Source: an uncultured Planctomycetaceae bacterium
GTDB lineage: Bacteria; Planctomycetota; Phycisphaerae; SM23-33
Reading direction: 5' to 3'
Assembly (NCBI GenBank): GCA_964401835.1
Contig: CAYNZP010000006.1
Location: 34,020 to 98,019 of the forward strand
DNA: 64,000 nt
The notes under the pieces are model-generated. The model saw only the letters and a list, made by a program, of their open reading frames with translations. It had not been told where the DNA came from and did no database searches. The translations under genes were made by a program, and so were the position numbers. How positions within the stretch are numbered: the stretch's first letter is position 1; the number at the start of each line of letters is the position of its first letter. Positions 38,901-49,754 of the stretch are shown here, piece after piece.

Positions 38901-39641
38901 TTTGCCGTCCTGCAAAAGCTCCCTTATCTCGAGCTCGCCGCTCAGAACCCCCTGCTGGCCAAGTTTTGCCTTCAGACCGCCAGTGATTTCGTTGAGCGTA
39001 TTGAGCTCAAATCCACCGTTGATATCACGAACGTCATAACTCCGCCCATCTTCTCTGACAAGTTGAACATTCATATCCCGCAGAATCAATTTGCCTTTGG
39101 GTTGGGGCATGGGTTCGTCGTGGTCGTAAGGTTTTGGTTTGCTTGGCTCTAGCGCCTGAACTAATGATATTCCGCCGTCATCAGAGATATGAAGAACCGC
39201 ACTGGAATCATCAAGGTTAACCTGTTCAAAATTTTCGACTTCTGTAACAGCTCTCCAGACACCGCCAGCCCAGCTTATATTCTCAACTTCCAGAACATTC
39301 CGACCGCCGACGTCCTTTACGCTCAAGCTGTTAATCTTTGTAGGTCCAAGCCACGAAATTGAAAGGTCTTCGGCCTCGATGTCTCCCTTTACCTGCCCGC
39401 TGAGAATTGAAAAGGCCAAACTTGTTCCGGGCCCGGTGGAAATCAAATATGGCAGGATGAAAACGAGCATCGTGAGGAACACCGATAAAGAAACAATCCA
39501 AATCAATCGCCTGTGTTTGCGCTTTTTACTAACGGTAGCTTTTTTTATACCGTGTTTCATAGCCCGCCTCCCCATTAAGAAATGACCCCTACAAGGGCCA
39601 AACGTAAGCCAGAATTCTTCATAACATTCTATCAACGACAC
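35988..39641 (-). CDS. AsmA/TamB-like giant envelope protein (1217 aa)
   Basis: N-terminal TM anchor followed by a long beta-rich region with an AsmA/TamB-like N-terminus. Overlaps yihY by 4 nt. Confidence 0.7.
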   Translation of the reverse strand: MSLIECYEEFWLTFGPCRGHFLMGRRAMKHGIKKATVSKKRKHRRLIWIVSLSVFLTMLVFILPYLISTGPGTSLAFSILSGQVKGDIEAEDLSISWLGPTKINSLSVKDVGGRNVLEVENISWAGGVWRAVTEVENFEQVNLDDSSAVLHISDDGGISLVQALEPSKPKPYDHDEPMPQPKGKLILRDMNVQLVREDGRSYDVRDINGGFELNTLNEITGGLKAKLGQQGVLSGELEIRELLQDGKLTPDRANGEVRVFSDYNIDLASLTEFALEDAVVAGKLSLEIDATLKQGRQLTGNLDATITDLHTPRDGAVEIKPIDVSVVGRLLPDESNVKGELSVASRAGEFQALLIYPRDKGFPKFKADKIASAAMAGEHLELSEFNLEASGKIDLPTLGDSIPAVMKLKRDVDIQQGRLDISEFLVIGGETPTAKARVELKDLQATKAGRIIRSEPIVLRISADSQEQRGVLLFGDIKTGFGNAEVNASADNMTTDFSLNLEQLDRQFGEIFELTDGRLWGDLTGRLDVIRPQKDRLDFAVKANISSFRYETPKRDLDFAKADFSHKGNLVLKDKKPVRYIASENELGIDESVFVSGDGWYDFKQKTFEGDAKLTSEIAYLGRRADYFGMEGLKKYSGILAADAKVGKASLKEIITVSANGRIEDLRVNGQNVTQRNILFNMAESTFARKHKTLKIPQASVDSDVARVDFRGINCKLTEPLSLNGTFDINSDLSKAMPAIKKTLELKKQPAIEGELQWTGRFDSKGSAVTSTGRGEIANFVIGEEKQFSEPKAQFSYEAELDQQEKSLVLRRAEVNSRLVSGKMSGNLKRYDTDRIVELTGNYTVNMDRLSTLLGEFSPSMADNISFTGSRNSSFSATGPTSQQDVRPGFKGLDAQSNFGWDSGRLYGLNLGRATLEAKLDDGRVNIPVSAVAASGGKLRMGGLVDFQPTEPRYQLPGVVQVMEDVEINRELADELLSRINPIFARQAEIEGKVSLKTWDISLPLGESIKQGGGGRGYMDLRNLKIQPTGLFRQLLLLSTLSSQEKQTVEVDGVDFVIRNGRIQYDNFVMRLSDDFDMKFYGSVGFDDTVNLVVSLPISPELLDKLGVGGPVIDYARVLNGTRIDIPIVGSRLNPVLDFVRVNVDGLIRRAIQILILEQAGEVGDIFKIPGGESPSQLPPGEDKPQKRPSKDKDIGDTIFDILRGTLEDEDKKEKPE

Positions 39642-39966
39642 TATTGATGGGCTAATTATTCAGCATTGAATTTCAGAAAATACAGAAGTTAGCCCTGCTT
39701 GAGCCAGGAGCTCCCTAGTATTTTTTCCTATAAGAAAGACGTCCATTTTAGGGTTTAAAATCCTGTCCGGAATTTGGGTTAGCGAATTTTGCATGGATAT
39801 AATTAACACGGAAAAGGTCACTTCCCTATGGGCTTCTATTGTATCAGGGGACTTTGCAGGCAACTTAATAGGGATTTCCGGGGAACAAGCATTTCGGGAA
39901 AGAATTGTAAATTTGGTCAGGACGTATCCTGATTCTATTTGGCTTTCTTTTTAAAGGGGTGTAAAA

Positions 39967-42240
39967 ATGAACAGTCACACAAGAACAATTCTGATTGCAA
40001 TGGCACTGCTCAGCTGTGCAATGTTTGTGGGATGTCGCGAGCACATGCCGCATTCATTCACGGTGGCGACAGGTGACCTGCAACGGGTACACGCCGAACC
40101 TGCCGAAGGGGGCTACTATACAAATTGGGACCCCTACGCAGCTGAGGTGGAAGTTAAACCCGTCGTGGACACCAATCCGGTCATGACACAGCACGTCCTT
40201 ATAGCTACTGTCAGGGACAAGGACGGCAAGCCGCTGCCCAACAGGAGAGTTGAGTGGATACTCACGGGCGATAGCGTTGGGACAATTGTCGAGGTGGATG
40301 AAAGCGGTTGGCGTGCCAGTAGAGGCTACAAGATTGACGACCACTACGCGGTCACGCACACGAACAACTTCGAACACGTCCTGACTCGTGGCAACGACGA
40401 CCCCGATGACGACATCTATCTCGAAGTCGGCCAGACATGGTGCGTAATCTCCTCGCCGACAGAAGGTGCCAGCCATGTCGTTGTTTATGCGCCAGGAATA
40501 TACAACTGGGACAAACATAAAGTCTTTGTGACAAAGAACTGGTACGACGTGACCTGGGATTGGCCCGGTGCTGCGACAAACCGCGTCGGCTCCGACCACA
40601 CCTTTACGACGAAGGTCATGAAGTACTCCGATAGTACACCCCTTCAAAATTACGAAGTAACATATAAAATCTCCGACGGCCCGGCGGCAAGTTTTGCCGG
40701 GAGCAACTCGACTACTCAAATGGTCAAGACCAACTCACAAGGCCTGGCAACTGTAACACTCAGGCAGGCCTCGGCCGTCGAAGGTACCAACAATGTCGAG
40801 ATCCAGATTGTCCGGCCTGGCAATATCCCATGCTGCGAAGATCCAGCGCTTATAGCTACCGGATATACCAGGAAGACCTGGGTAGCCCCTCAGCTGTCGT
40901 TGACCAAGTCTGCACCGGCCACGGCGAGGATAGGCGATACGTTCAGCTATGACATGCAGGTAGGCAACCCGAGCAACACCTACGCAAGCAATGTCATGGT
41001 CACGGACGATCTGCCAGATGGTCTGGAATATGTCTCCAGCAGCCCGAATGCCCAAATGAGAGGACGTCAGCTGACTTGGTCGCTCGGTTCGATGGATCCC
41101 AACGAAACCAGGACCATCAATGTTACCGTCAAAGGAAACTACACAGGCAAGTTTGACAACTGTGCGATTGCCAGAGCTGACCTGGGCCTTGAAGATACGG
41201 CTTGTGCTTCAACGGTTATATCCGCACCAGCACTTGCCCTGAGTAAGGAAGCTCCGTCTGAAATACTCATCTGTGACCAGATTCCTTACACCATTACCAT
41301 CACGAATACCGGGGATGCCTCAGCGACAAATGTCGAAATTCGCGACGACTTCCCATCTGGCATGAAGACCCTCGAAGGCCAGGAAGGCAAGAAGTTCGCG
41401 ATCGGCACCTTGAATCCGGGCGAGTCGCGGCAGGTCACATTCAACACCACGGTGTCCGATACGGGACGATACGTCAACACCGCGATGGCTTCATGTGATT
41501 TGGCACGCTCGAATGAGGCGAGTGCCAAGACGATGGTACGCCAGCCTATGCTGGTAATGACAAAGATGGGCCCGCAACAGAGGTACCTCGGCCTGCCTGC
41601 TTCGTTTGAGATATCGCTGACCAATAAGGGCGACACGGCAGCACGTCAGGTACAGATAGTAGATTCACTGCCAAGCGGCATGACGTTCATCTCTGCCGAT
41701 CAGGGAGGAACACTCTCCGGCAGCGATGTGATCTGGAATATTGGCGATCTCGCCATCAACCAGACCAAGACTGTCAGCGTCAAGGTGCGTGTGGATAAGG
41801 TTGGCACATTACATAACACCGCAAGAGCAAGCGGTGTCTGTGCTGATGCCGCCACAGAAGTAACCACCGCCGTTACCGGCATACCGGCAATTTTGCTGGA
41901 GTGCATCGATACCGCCGACCCGATCCTGGTTGGCGAAAACGAGACTTATATCATCACCGTTACCAACCAGGGAACGGCTGAAGATACAAATATCGTTATC
42001 CAATGCATGCTGCCAGCCGAGCAGGAGTTTGTCTCAGGCAGAGGCCCGACAGACATCAAGGCTGAAGGCAGGAAGGTATGGTTCGCTCCTCTTTCGAGGT
42101 TGGCGCCTAAAGACAAGGCAACCTTCCATGTGGTCGTCAGAGGTAACAGGACCGGCGACGTTCGGTTCGGCGTGAAACTGACCAGCGACCAGATGACATC
42201 GCCAGCCAGCGAGACGGAGAGCACGAGAATTTACGAATAG
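39967..42240 (+). CDS. DUF11 (conserved repeat domain) surface protein
   Basis: Signal peptide. At least five repeats of the DUF11 pattern (LSLTKSAP...GDTFSYDMQVGNPSNTYASNVMVTDDLPDGLEYVSS, and others). Confidence 0.75.
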   Translation: MNSHTRTILIAMALLSCAMFVGCREHMPHSFTVATGDLQRVHAEPAEGGYYTNWDPYAAEVEVKPVVDTNPVMTQHVLIATVRDKDGKPLPNRRVEWILTGDSVGTIVEVDESGWRASRGYKIDDHYAVTHTNNFEHVLTRGNDDPDDDIYLEVGQTWCVISSPTEGASHVVVYAPGIYNWDKHKVFVTKNWYDVTWDWPGAATNRVGSDHTFTTKVMKYSDSTPLQNYEVTYKISDGPAASFAGSNSTTQMVKTNSQGLATVTLRQASAVEGTNNVEIQIVRPGNIPCCEDPALIATGYTRKTWVAPQLSLTKSAPATARIGDTFSYDMQVGNPSNTYASNVMVTDDLPDGLEYVSSSPNAQMRGRQLTWSLGSMDPNETRTINVTVKGNYTGKFDNCAIARADLGLEDTACASTVISAPALALSKEAPSEILICDQIPYTITITNTGDASATNVEIRDDFPSGMKTLEGQEGKKFAIGTLNPGESRQVTFNTTVSDTGRYVNTAMASCDLARSNEASAKTMVRQPMLVMTKMGPQQRYLGLPASFEISLTNKGDTAARQVQIVDSLPSGMTFISADQGGTLSGSDVIWNIGDLAINQTKTVSVKVRVDKVGTLHNTARASGVCADAATEVTTAVTGIPAILLECIDTADPILVGENETYIITVTNQGTAEDTNIVIQCMLPAEQEFVSGRGPTDIKAEGRKVWFAPLSRLAPKDKATFHVVVRGNRTGDVRFGVKLTSDQMTSPASETESTRIYE

Positions 42241-42388
42241 TCTCGTAAAAAACTGAAGAAAAGTTCCCCGAGTTTTGTCGGGGGTTGAAAAAGAGGTGGC
42301 TGCTGGTTTGGGGGTTTAAGCGGCCACCTCACTTTTATGCGCTCTTTGGCCATCAGTTACGCGAACATTTGCTGAATATGCTTTTAAA

Positions 42389-43009
42389 TCAAGTGCCATT
42401 ACATTCCTTGTTTCTGCAAACCAATTCGCCTTTGCCAATTGGAACAATCAAGGAATCGACTCTTTCGTCGCTCAATGCCCGGTTCAGCATCGGCTGGAGT
42501 GTTTCGGCGTGGTTGATTGCATTGTCGGCCACAAGGATTCCCCCGGGGACAAGCTTGGGGACGACGGCTTCATAGCAGTCGGCGTAGACATCCTTCTCGG
42601 CGTCGAGAAAACAGAAGGAGATTCCCTCAATATTGCCCAGGTGCTTACGGGCATCGCCGACAATAAGCTCCACCACGTCATCCACGCCCGCTAGCTTGAA
42701 GGTCTCGCGGGCCAGCGTTGCTTTCTCTTCCAACACCTCGAACGTCGTAAGCTTTCGACTTACTTCTCGGCAGGCAATGGCAAGCCAAAGAGCTGAATAT
42801 CCCGCACTTGTGCCGATCTCGATGTATTTTCCCTCCGGGCCGCTTGCGGCCAGCAGCGCCAGGAACTTTCCCGTTTCCGGGGGGATTTGACGTAGCCGTT
42901 GCATGCGTTCCGTTCCGTCGGCCCTATCGCGGGCGTCCATCTCTTCCAATTGCCGCATGCGATTCAGGATTTTTTCAGGTATTTCGCGAAACATTATTGG
43001 TGCTTTCAT
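42389..43009 (-). CDS. class I SAM-dependent O-methyltransferase (family 3, caffeoyl-CoA OMT-like)
   Basis: [25 protein letters not shown] and GGILVADN. Confidence 0.8.
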   Translation of the reverse strand: MKAPIMFREIPEKILNRMRQLEEMDARDRADGTERMQRLRQIPPETGKFLALLAASGPEGKYIEIGTSAGYSALWLAIACREVSRKLTTFEVLEEKATLARETFKLAGVDDVVELIVGDARKHLGNIEGISFCFLDAEKDVYADCYEAVVPKLVPGGILVADNAINHAETLQPMLNRALSDERVDSLIVPIGKGELVCRNKECNGT

Positions 43010-43510
43010 TATTGACTGTTGCTGGCTTGTATTTAAGTAAATTCATTGCGAATAAAGTATTTTTTCTCGCCCCGATTCGCCTACCACCGGTCCAAATCGT
43101 ACCTTTTCTCTGCAGGAAAAAAACCGGAGGAATTGTACTTTGCGGGATTGGATTACCCCAAATAAAGCGGTCGTTATCATTCTTGCAGTTATGCTGGGTT
43201 CGGTTTGCTATATTGCCAGGATGACCCACCAGGCAGCTAGGGCAGCTGATTCTCAGCAGGACAGCGTCGGTCATGTCGAACGTGTAAACATGGCCCTTAG
43301 CGAGGCTGAGCAAACTTTCGCAGGCAATTAATCTGCAAGATTTTCACTTTTAACACATCCCATTTACCATTGCGGCTAAGCTGCCGGATTGGCAATTTCA
43401 CTATGACTGCAGTTCATTCTGGCAGACAACATCGCTAACAAACCTGTTTTTTACAAAGACTTACAATCAAGGGCATATCCATTGCATATTATAATTATGG
43501 AGAGATTATT

Positions 43511-46135
43511 ATGCGATTAGACAAACTGACAGTCAAAGCACAGGAAGCAATCGTTACCGCCCAGGCAACAGCTGCAGAGAAAGGCCATGCGCAGATGACG
43601 CCGCTTCATCTGCTCGACGCCCTCTTGAAGCAGGAGAACGGCCTGGCCGAGCCGATTTTGGAAAAAATCGGCGTATCGGCTGAGAGAATCCGTTCTATCG
43701 TCGATTCAGAACTTTCCCGTCTGCCGAGTCAGTCAGCCCAGGCTGGACTGGCACCCGACGCCCAGTTGGTTGCTGTGATGACCCGAGCCGGCAAAGAGGC
43801 AAGCGACCTCAAGGACGAATATATTTCCGTTGAGCATTTCCTGCTTGCCCTGGCCGAGGAATCTTCAACGGCCAAGGAGGTTCTGTCCGCGCTGGGTGTA
43901 ACCCCCGAAACCATTATGTCTGCCCTTAAAGAAATACGCGGTTCCCAGCGAGTTACCGACCAAAGCCCGGAAGATAAGTATCAGGCGCTCGAACGCTATG
44001 GCCGGGATTTGTGCGAAATGGCCAAACAGGGCAAGCTCGACCCTGTTGTCGGAAGAGACGACGAAATACGCCGCTGCATGCAGGTACTCAGCAGGCGGAC
44101 AAAAAACAACCCGGTACTTATCGGCCTGCCGGGGGTTGGTAAGACGGCTATCGTAGAAGGCCTAGCCCAGCGGATAGTAAACCGCGACATACCGGCGGGC
44201 CTGAGCGGAAAAACGGTAATCGCGCTGGATATGGGCGCCCTGCTTGCGGGCGCGAAATTCCGCGGCGAATTTGAAGACCGCCTGAAAGCTGTCCTTAAGG
44301 AAGTAACCGAATCCGACGGACAGATAATTCTGTTTATCGATGAGCTTCACACGGTTGTCGGCGCCGGCGCTGCCGAGGGTGCGATATCGGCTGGCAATTT
44401 AATCAAACCCGCCCTGGCCCGCGGCGAGTTGCGTTGTATCGGCGCAACAACTCTCGACGAATACCGCAAGCATGTCGAAAAAGATGCAGCCCTGGAACGA
44501 CGCTTCCAGCCTGTACTTGTCGACGAGCCAACCGTTGAAGATACGATAGCTATACTTCGCGGCCTCAAGCCCCGCTACGATGCACACCATGGCGTGCGTA
44601 TCCAGGACGCCGCCCTCGTAGCTGCCGCTACGATGAGTCACCGCTACATCTCGGACAGATTCCTGCCTGACAAGGCAATCGACCTTATAGACGAGGCTGC
44701 CTCGCGACTGAGGATCGAAAACGATTCAATGCCGGCAGAGCTCGACGAAATGAAACGCCGGATAATGCAACTTCAGATCGAACGGGAAGCATTGCGCAAA
44801 GAAACCGACGAACCAAGCAAAGAGCGGCTCGGAATTCTTGAAAAACAGTTGGCGGATTTACAGAGCCAGTTCGATTCCCTTTTTGCCCGCTGGGAAAGCG
44901 AACAGAGCTCGTTGAAGAATATAAAACAGCTCAAGGAGCAGATAGAGGCTAAGAATACGGAATTCGAACAGGCCCAGCGCGATGGGGATTTGGAAAAGGC
45001 TGCCCGCATACAGTACGGTGAACTTACCGAGCTTGAAGGCAAGCTCCAAAGTCTCGAGCAGGAACTTGCAAATCGTCGAAGCGAAGGAGGCATGACCAGC
45101 GAAGAGGTAACGCCTGAACAAATCGCCGAAGTTGTAGCAAAATGGACCCACATCCCGGTCGCCAGATTGATGGAATCTGAACGCGAAAAACTTTTGTGCA
45201 TGGAAGAGAGATTGCAAAATCGCGTTATCGGACAGGACGACGCCTTACGGGTGGTCAGCGAAGCGGTACGTCGCAACCGTGCCGGCTTGGGCGACCCGCG
45301 CAGACCTATCGGCAGCTTTATATTCCTCGGCCCAACAGGTGTCGGAAAGACTGAGTTGTGCAAGGCACTGGCTGAACTTCTGTTCGATAGCGAAGATGCG
45401 ATGATACGCATTGATATGAGCGAGTTCATGGAACAACACTCGGTTGCCCGACTTATAGGCGCCCCTCCCGGATACGTCGGCTACGAAGAAGGCGGCCGCC
45501 TGACCGAGGCTGTCCGCCGCAAACCATATTCGGTTCTCCTCTTTGACGAAGTCGAAAAAGCTCATCGCGATGTGTTCAACGTACTGCTGCAGGTTCTTGA
45601 CGACGGCAGACTCACTGACGGCCAGGGCCGAACTGTCGACTTTAAAAACACCATAATCGCAATGACCAGCAATATAGCTTCTCAGTATATTCACGAACTG
45701 ACCGAACACGAGGCTGAGGACTGGGAAATTGAGGTCAAACTCAATGAAGCTCTCAAGACAAAGTTCCAGCCGGAGTTCCTCAACCGCATCGACGAGATTG
45801 TTATCTTCCACACCCTCAGCAAGGAAAACCTCGCCTCGATTGTCGATATCCAGATGGGCGAGCTTGCTAATCGTTTGGCGGACAGAAAAATATCTATCGC
45901 GGTAACTGAAGCTGCCAAGGCTCTTGTAGCAGAGCTGGGTTACGACCCTAGCTTCGGCGCAAGACCTTTAAAACGGCTGATACAGCAGAAACTCGAAAAC
46001 CAGATTGCTTCCAAAATACTCAAAGGGGAAGTGCCTGACGGTTCAAGCGTATCAGTTGACGCAAGCGGCAAGAGCTTTATTTTTTCCGTAATGCCTGACA
46101 AATCGGAAGATATTGAAGGTGAGGGCGAAGAATAA
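43511..46135 (+). CDS. clpB: ATP-dependent chaperone ClpB
   Basis: Clp N-domain, two AAA+ modules ([15 protein letters not shown]; [15 protein letters not shown]), and the long coiled-coil middle domain typical of ClpB. Confidence 0.95.
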   Translation: MRLDKLTVKAQEAIVTAQATAAEKGHAQMTPLHLLDALLKQENGLAEPILEKIGVSAERIRSIVDSELSRLPSQSAQAGLAPDAQLVAVMTRAGKEASDLKDEYISVEHFLLALAEESSTAKEVLSALGVTPETIMSALKEIRGSQRVTDQSPEDKYQALERYGRDLCEMAKQGKLDPVVGRDDEIRRCMQVLSRRTKNNPVLIGLPGVGKTAIVEGLAQRIVNRDIPAGLSGKTVIALDMGALLAGAKFRGEFEDRLKAVLKEVTESDGQIILFIDELHTVVGAGAAEGAISAGNLIKPALARGELRCIGATTLDEYRKHVEKDAALERRFQPVLVDEPTVEDTIAILRGLKPRYDAHHGVRIQDAALVAAATMSHRYISDRFLPDKAIDLIDEAASRLRIENDSMPAELDEMKRRIMQLQIEREALRKETDEPSKERLGILEKQLADLQSQFDSLFARWESEQSSLKNIKQLKEQIEAKNTEFEQAQRDGDLEKAARIQYGELTELEGKLQSLEQELANRRSEGGMTSEEVTPEQIAEVVAKWTHIPVARLMESEREKLLCMEERLQNRVIGQDDALRVVSEAVRRNRAGLGDPRRPIGSFIFLGPTGVGKTELCKALAELLFDSEDAMIRIDMSEFMEQHSVARLIGAPPGYVGYEEGGRLTEAVRRKPYSVLLFDEVEKAHRDVFNVLLQVLDDGRLTDGQGRTVDFKNTIIAMTSNIASQYIHELTEHEAEDWEIEVKLNEALKTKFQPEFLNRIDEIVIFHTLSKENLASIVDIQMGELANRLADRKISIAVTEAAKALVAELGYDPSFGARPLKRLIQQKLENQIASKILKGEVPDGSSVSVDASGKSFIFSVMPDKSEDIEGEGEE

Positions 46136-46192
46136 CCTCATAAGGCTCCATTCATAAATTAATGCCATATAATTTAGCCTGCATATAATTAG

Positions 46193-46564
46193 TTGGAATT
46201 TAAGATTCCAGTTTATTTAAAACTGGGGGCTATTATGGCTACTTCATTAACGGCTACGAAATGGCGCAGCGTAACCGCGGGGATTCTTTCGGGTTTTGGT
46301 TTGCTGCTATATCTGCTTGGTCTCGTAGCTGGAAATACCCAAGGCGGCATTGCTCTTAAGGTGGCGGCGGGAGTTTGTCTTGGGCTGGCACTTTTATCGC
46401 TTGGGTGGGCCTTGCTCGCAGAATTCAGGCGAAAATCAGTCAGAAACGAACTCAAAGCCTACGCTTGCCCGCAATGCGGATACGCACCGACTGTCAAAGA
46501 TATGGAAACCAAGGAAGCTTTTCCCTGCCCTCGTTGCGGCCAACCGATTTACAGGGAAGATTAG
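46193..46564 (+). CDS. hypothetical membrane protein with a C-terminal zinc ribbon
   Basis: Two TM helices, then CPQCGY ... CPRCGQ. Confidence 0.5.
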   Translation: MEFKIPVYLKLGAIMATSLTATKWRSVTAGILSGFGLLLYLLGLVAGNTQGGIALKVAAGVCLGLALLSLGWALLAEFRRKSVRNELKAYACPQCGYAPTVKDMETKEAFPCPRCGQPIYRED

Positions 46565-46578
46565 ACCCGCGCTTAGAG

Positions 46579-47865
46579 CTAATCGTAGCGGCATATTATG
46601 AGCGTGTCGTTCTGCCCGCCGAAGCCGAAACTGTTCGACATAACCACATCGACCTTAGCCTTGCGAGGCTCGTTGGGAATGTAATCCAAATCGCATACCG
46701 GATCGGGTGTGCTGTAGTTTGTCGTAGGCGGTAGTATCTGGTCGCGAATTGCCATAATGCCAGTGATTAGTTCAGTTGCACCAGCTGCCGCAATCAGGTG
46801 GCCCAGCATGCTCTTGACGCTGGAAATCGGGACCTTTGTGGCGAACTCACCAAAGACCTGCTTGACAGCCTTCGATTCCACTTCGTCGTTCTGCTGCGTG
46901 CTCGTGCCGTGCGCTGAGATATAATCAATATCTTCCGGTTTGACCTTGGCATCGGCCAGGGCTGCTCTCATGCTCGCAGCTGCACCATCGCCCTGTGGGT
47001 CCTGGTCGGTAATACGGAAGGCATCTGCACTTGAACCGAAGCCGATGATTTCGGCCAGGATATTTGCTCCGCGAGCTTTGGCCAGTTCGTAATCTTCGAG
47101 AATAATTATGCTCGAGCCCTCGCCGAGGACGAAGCCGTCTCGCGTTAAATCGAACGGCCGTGATGCCGTTTCAAAGCCCTCATTGCGGGTCGAAAGCGCG
47201 TTGAGGCGGTTAAAGCCCGTAACGCCGTATGGATGGATCATGCTGTGCGCGCCGCCGGAAATAATCGCGTCACAATCGCCATGACGGATCTGCATCGCTG
47301 CTTCGCCAAGGGCCTGCGTGCTGGCGGCACAGGCTGTGAGTACATTAAAGGCCGGCCCCTTTGCGCCGAACTGGCCGGCGATGTGGGCCACGACCATATT
47401 GGACTCCTGGGCGATTTCGCGATAAACGTCCATACGCTCCAAGGCCAGGTCAGCCCAGACCTTTGTATCCACCTTGCCGTCATTCCAAGCGTCCACCATC
47501 AACGAGGTGAAGTTGTCGAAGTCGAGACTTCCTTCACCGCTGCCGAGATAGACGCCCAACCGGGAGTAATCCAACTTGTCATATTCACCAAGACCCGATT
47601 GCATCCACGCTTGATGACCGGCTGCCAATGCAAATGTGCAGTGTCGGCCAGCGTGCTTGTGTTGTTCGGCGTTAGGAAAATGATCTTTAAGGTCGAAATT
47701 TTTTACGTTCGCACAAAAAGTCGTCGGGAAATGGCTGGCGTCGAACAGCTGGTTCTTGTTGACCCCGCTCTTGCACTCGAGCAGCGCAGCCCAGGTGCCT
47801 TCCACATCATGGGCGAGTGGATTAACCGTTCCAATTCCCGTTATGACTACGCGTCTTTTTGCCAT
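46579..47865 (-). CDS. beta-ketoacyl-ACP synthase (KAS I/II type) with a canonical catalytic triad
   Basis: Active-site Cys in LTACAAS, His in AHGTSTQQND, and His in SVKSMLGHLIAAAG. Confidence 0.85.
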   Translation of the reverse strand: MAKRRVVITGIGTVNPLAHDVEGTWAALLECKSGVNKNQLFDASHFPTTFCANVKNFDLKDHFPNAEQHKHAGRHCTFALAAGHQAWMQSGLGEYDKLDYSRLGVYLGSGEGSLDFDNFTSLMVDAWNDGKVDTKVWADLALERMDVYREIAQESNMVVAHIAGQFGAKGPAFNVLTACAASTQALGEAAMQIRHGDCDAIISGGAHSMIHPYGVTGFNRLNALSTRNEGFETASRPFDLTRDGFVLGEGSSIIILEDYELAKARGANILAEIIGFGSSADAFRITDQDPQGDGAAASMRAALADAKVKPEDIDYISAHGTSTQQNDEVESKAVKQVFGEFATKVPISSVKSMLGHLIAAAGATELITGIMAIRDQILPPTTNYSTPDPVCDLDYIPNEPRKAKVDVVMSNSFGFGGQNDTLIICRYD

Positions 47866-47872
47866 TTTTTTC

Positions 47873-49186
47873 TTAGTTAACTTTTTTAAATACGCACGCG
47901 GCGCTCTGTCCGCCGACGCTGAATGCGGCGGTCACTATATGATTAATTTCGCACTTTCGAGGCTCGGATGAGAAGTTCAGGTTGCATCCATCCGCCGCAG
48001 AAGTGAAATTCACTGTCGGCGGTACGGCTTGAGCTTCCATCGCCTTTGCTGCAACAGCCATCTCAACACCACCTGCACCGGCAAAGAGCGAACCAATCGA
48101 GCCGGTAATGCAGACAGCCGGAATTTTTTCTGCCGCGTCCCCAAGAGCCACCTGCCAGGCCTTCGCCTCGCAAATGTCTTCGCCAGCCACGCCCGTGCCG
48201 TGAGCAATAATCATATCTACCTTGTCTGGTGTTATCTTCGCTTCGGTCATCGCCTTTGCAACAGCCAGGTCCAACGAGCCGGCGTTCGATTTGGTGATAT
48301 CGAAGCCTGTCGGATCACAGGCTGCACCAAAGCCAGCCATTTCGGCATATATTTTCGCACCGCGCGATTTAGCACGGTCCATATCTTCGAGAATTAAAAG
48401 TCCCCCACCTTCACCGACAACAGTTCCATCATGATCGGCATTGAAAGGTCGGCATGCAGTTTCGGGGCTTTCGTTTCGGCTTATACAAATTCGTTTGAGA
48501 AGCAACTGGCGAAGCAGCACCATCGGGTTGACCTTGCTCTCGGCTCCGCCGGCAATAGACACATCCGCATCGCCCCGCTGAATGACCCTCGCACCCTCTC
48601 CGACCGAGAGGTGCCCTGAAGCGTCGCCGCAGGTAATGGTATTGCTGGGCCCTTCGGCTCCATGAATAATCGTAACGTGGCAGGAAAGCATGTTCGGCAG
48701 ATACTTCAAAAGCCAAAGCGGTGTGAGATTGCTACTTCCTGTATGGCCCCACGCCTTGATATCAAATTTGCCGTCAACAACAGCCGTGTTGACAGCCATG
48801 CCTAGTTCATCGAGGTCGGTACAGATAAGCCCCGCCCCAATATTGCAACCCAGACGGCCGGGCTCGATATCCATCTCGCCATCCATGCCGTGAGTTGTAA
48901 TTCCTGAATCTTTAAATGCGAAGTCCGCAGCGGCTACGGCGAGTTCTATATCTCTGGCCATGACCTTGACCGACTTGCGGTAAGTTTTGGGGACAAACTT
49001 GCGGGCGGAAAAATTATCTATCTGTCCGCCTGCGTGGCATGGAAAATGACTTGGATCGAACAGGTCGATCGTTTTGACACCCTGGTGAGAGGATAAAAGT
49101 GCCTCCCAAAGAGCATCAATGCCGAGCCCGGAAGGCGTAACTACCCCAAGGCCTGTAATAGCAACTCGGCGTTCAGCCATTGCCAC
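47873..49186 (-). CDS. beta-ketoacyl synthase-like protein, partly degenerate (chain-length-factor-like partner)
   Basis: KS fold with a Cys (ITCGDAS) and the first His (AHGTG). The second catalytic-His motif reads GSIGSLFAGAGG, not GHxxGAAG. Lies 8 nt upstream of the canonical KS. Confidence 0.75.
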   Translation of the reverse strand: MAMAERRVAITGLGVVTPSGLGIDALWEALLSSHQGVKTIDLFDPSHFPCHAGGQIDNFSARKFVPKTYRKSVKVMARDIELAVAAADFAFKDSGITTHGMDGEMDIEPGRLGCNIGAGLICTDLDELGMAVNTAVVDGKFDIKAWGHTGSSNLTPLWLLKYLPNMLSCHVTIIHGAEGPSNTITCGDASGHLSVGEGARVIQRGDADVSIAGGAESKVNPMVLLRQLLLKRICISRNESPETACRPFNADHDGTVVGEGGGLLILEDMDRAKSRGAKIYAEMAGFGAACDPTGFDITKSNAGSLDLAVAKAMTEAKITPDKVDMIIAHGTGVAGEDICEAKAWQVALGDAAEKIPAVCITGSIGSLFAGAGGVEMAVAAKAMEAQAVPPTVNFTSAADGCNLNFSSEPRKCEINHIVTAAFSVGGQSAACVFKKVN

Positions 49187-49649
49187 CCTCCACGAATGGC
49201 GCTATCAGCCGTTCGAACTGGCCGGTAAAGACGAAATTTTCTTCGGGGAATTTGATTCCAGCCTGGTTCTGGTCAACATGCGAGAACATCAGGTCTATCT
49301 GACCTATCTGCTGGCCGTTTTTCTCGACGATGCCCTTGGTAGATGCAGCCTGTTCGCTGACTACGTCTATCTCTGCCTTGTAAAGAATCTGATCGCCTGG
49401 GACGACGATATCATCAATTTGGGCCTTGGTAACTTTTGCCAGGACTACCTTTTCCTCGAAATTACGAGCCTGTCCGACAAGAATTCCAGCAGTCTGTGCC
49501 ATGCCCTCTATCATCAGTGACATAGGCATTATCGGATACGCTTCCCAATGGTCATGAAGATGCTCCTCAGCGAGGGAAACGTTCTTTACCGCCACGGCCT
49601 TTTTACCGGGCTCGAACTGCTCAAATCGGTCAATCCAAATCCAGCGCAT
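49173..49649 (-). CDS. FabZ/FabA-like hot-dog 3-hydroxyacyl-ACP dehydratase
   Basis: HLHDHWEAYPIMPMSLMIEGMAQTAG. Overlaps the KS-like gene by 14 nt. Confidence 0.8.
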   Translation of the reverse strand: MRWIWIDRFEQFEPGKKAVAVKNVSLAEEHLHDHWEAYPIMPMSLMIEGMAQTAGILVGQARNFEEKVVLAKVTKAQIDDIVVPGDQILYKAEIDVVSEQAASTKGIVEKNGQQIGQIDLMFSHVDQNQAGIKFPEENFVFTGQFERLIAPFVEGGNG

Positions 49650-49754
49650 AGTGATTCTCGATTAGCTAGTGACGAAAAATCTTTTGTGGGAATTGCCCCT
49701 AACGGCGCATTGCATCCGGCCACAACCGACAATTCGTCAATCGACAATAAACAA

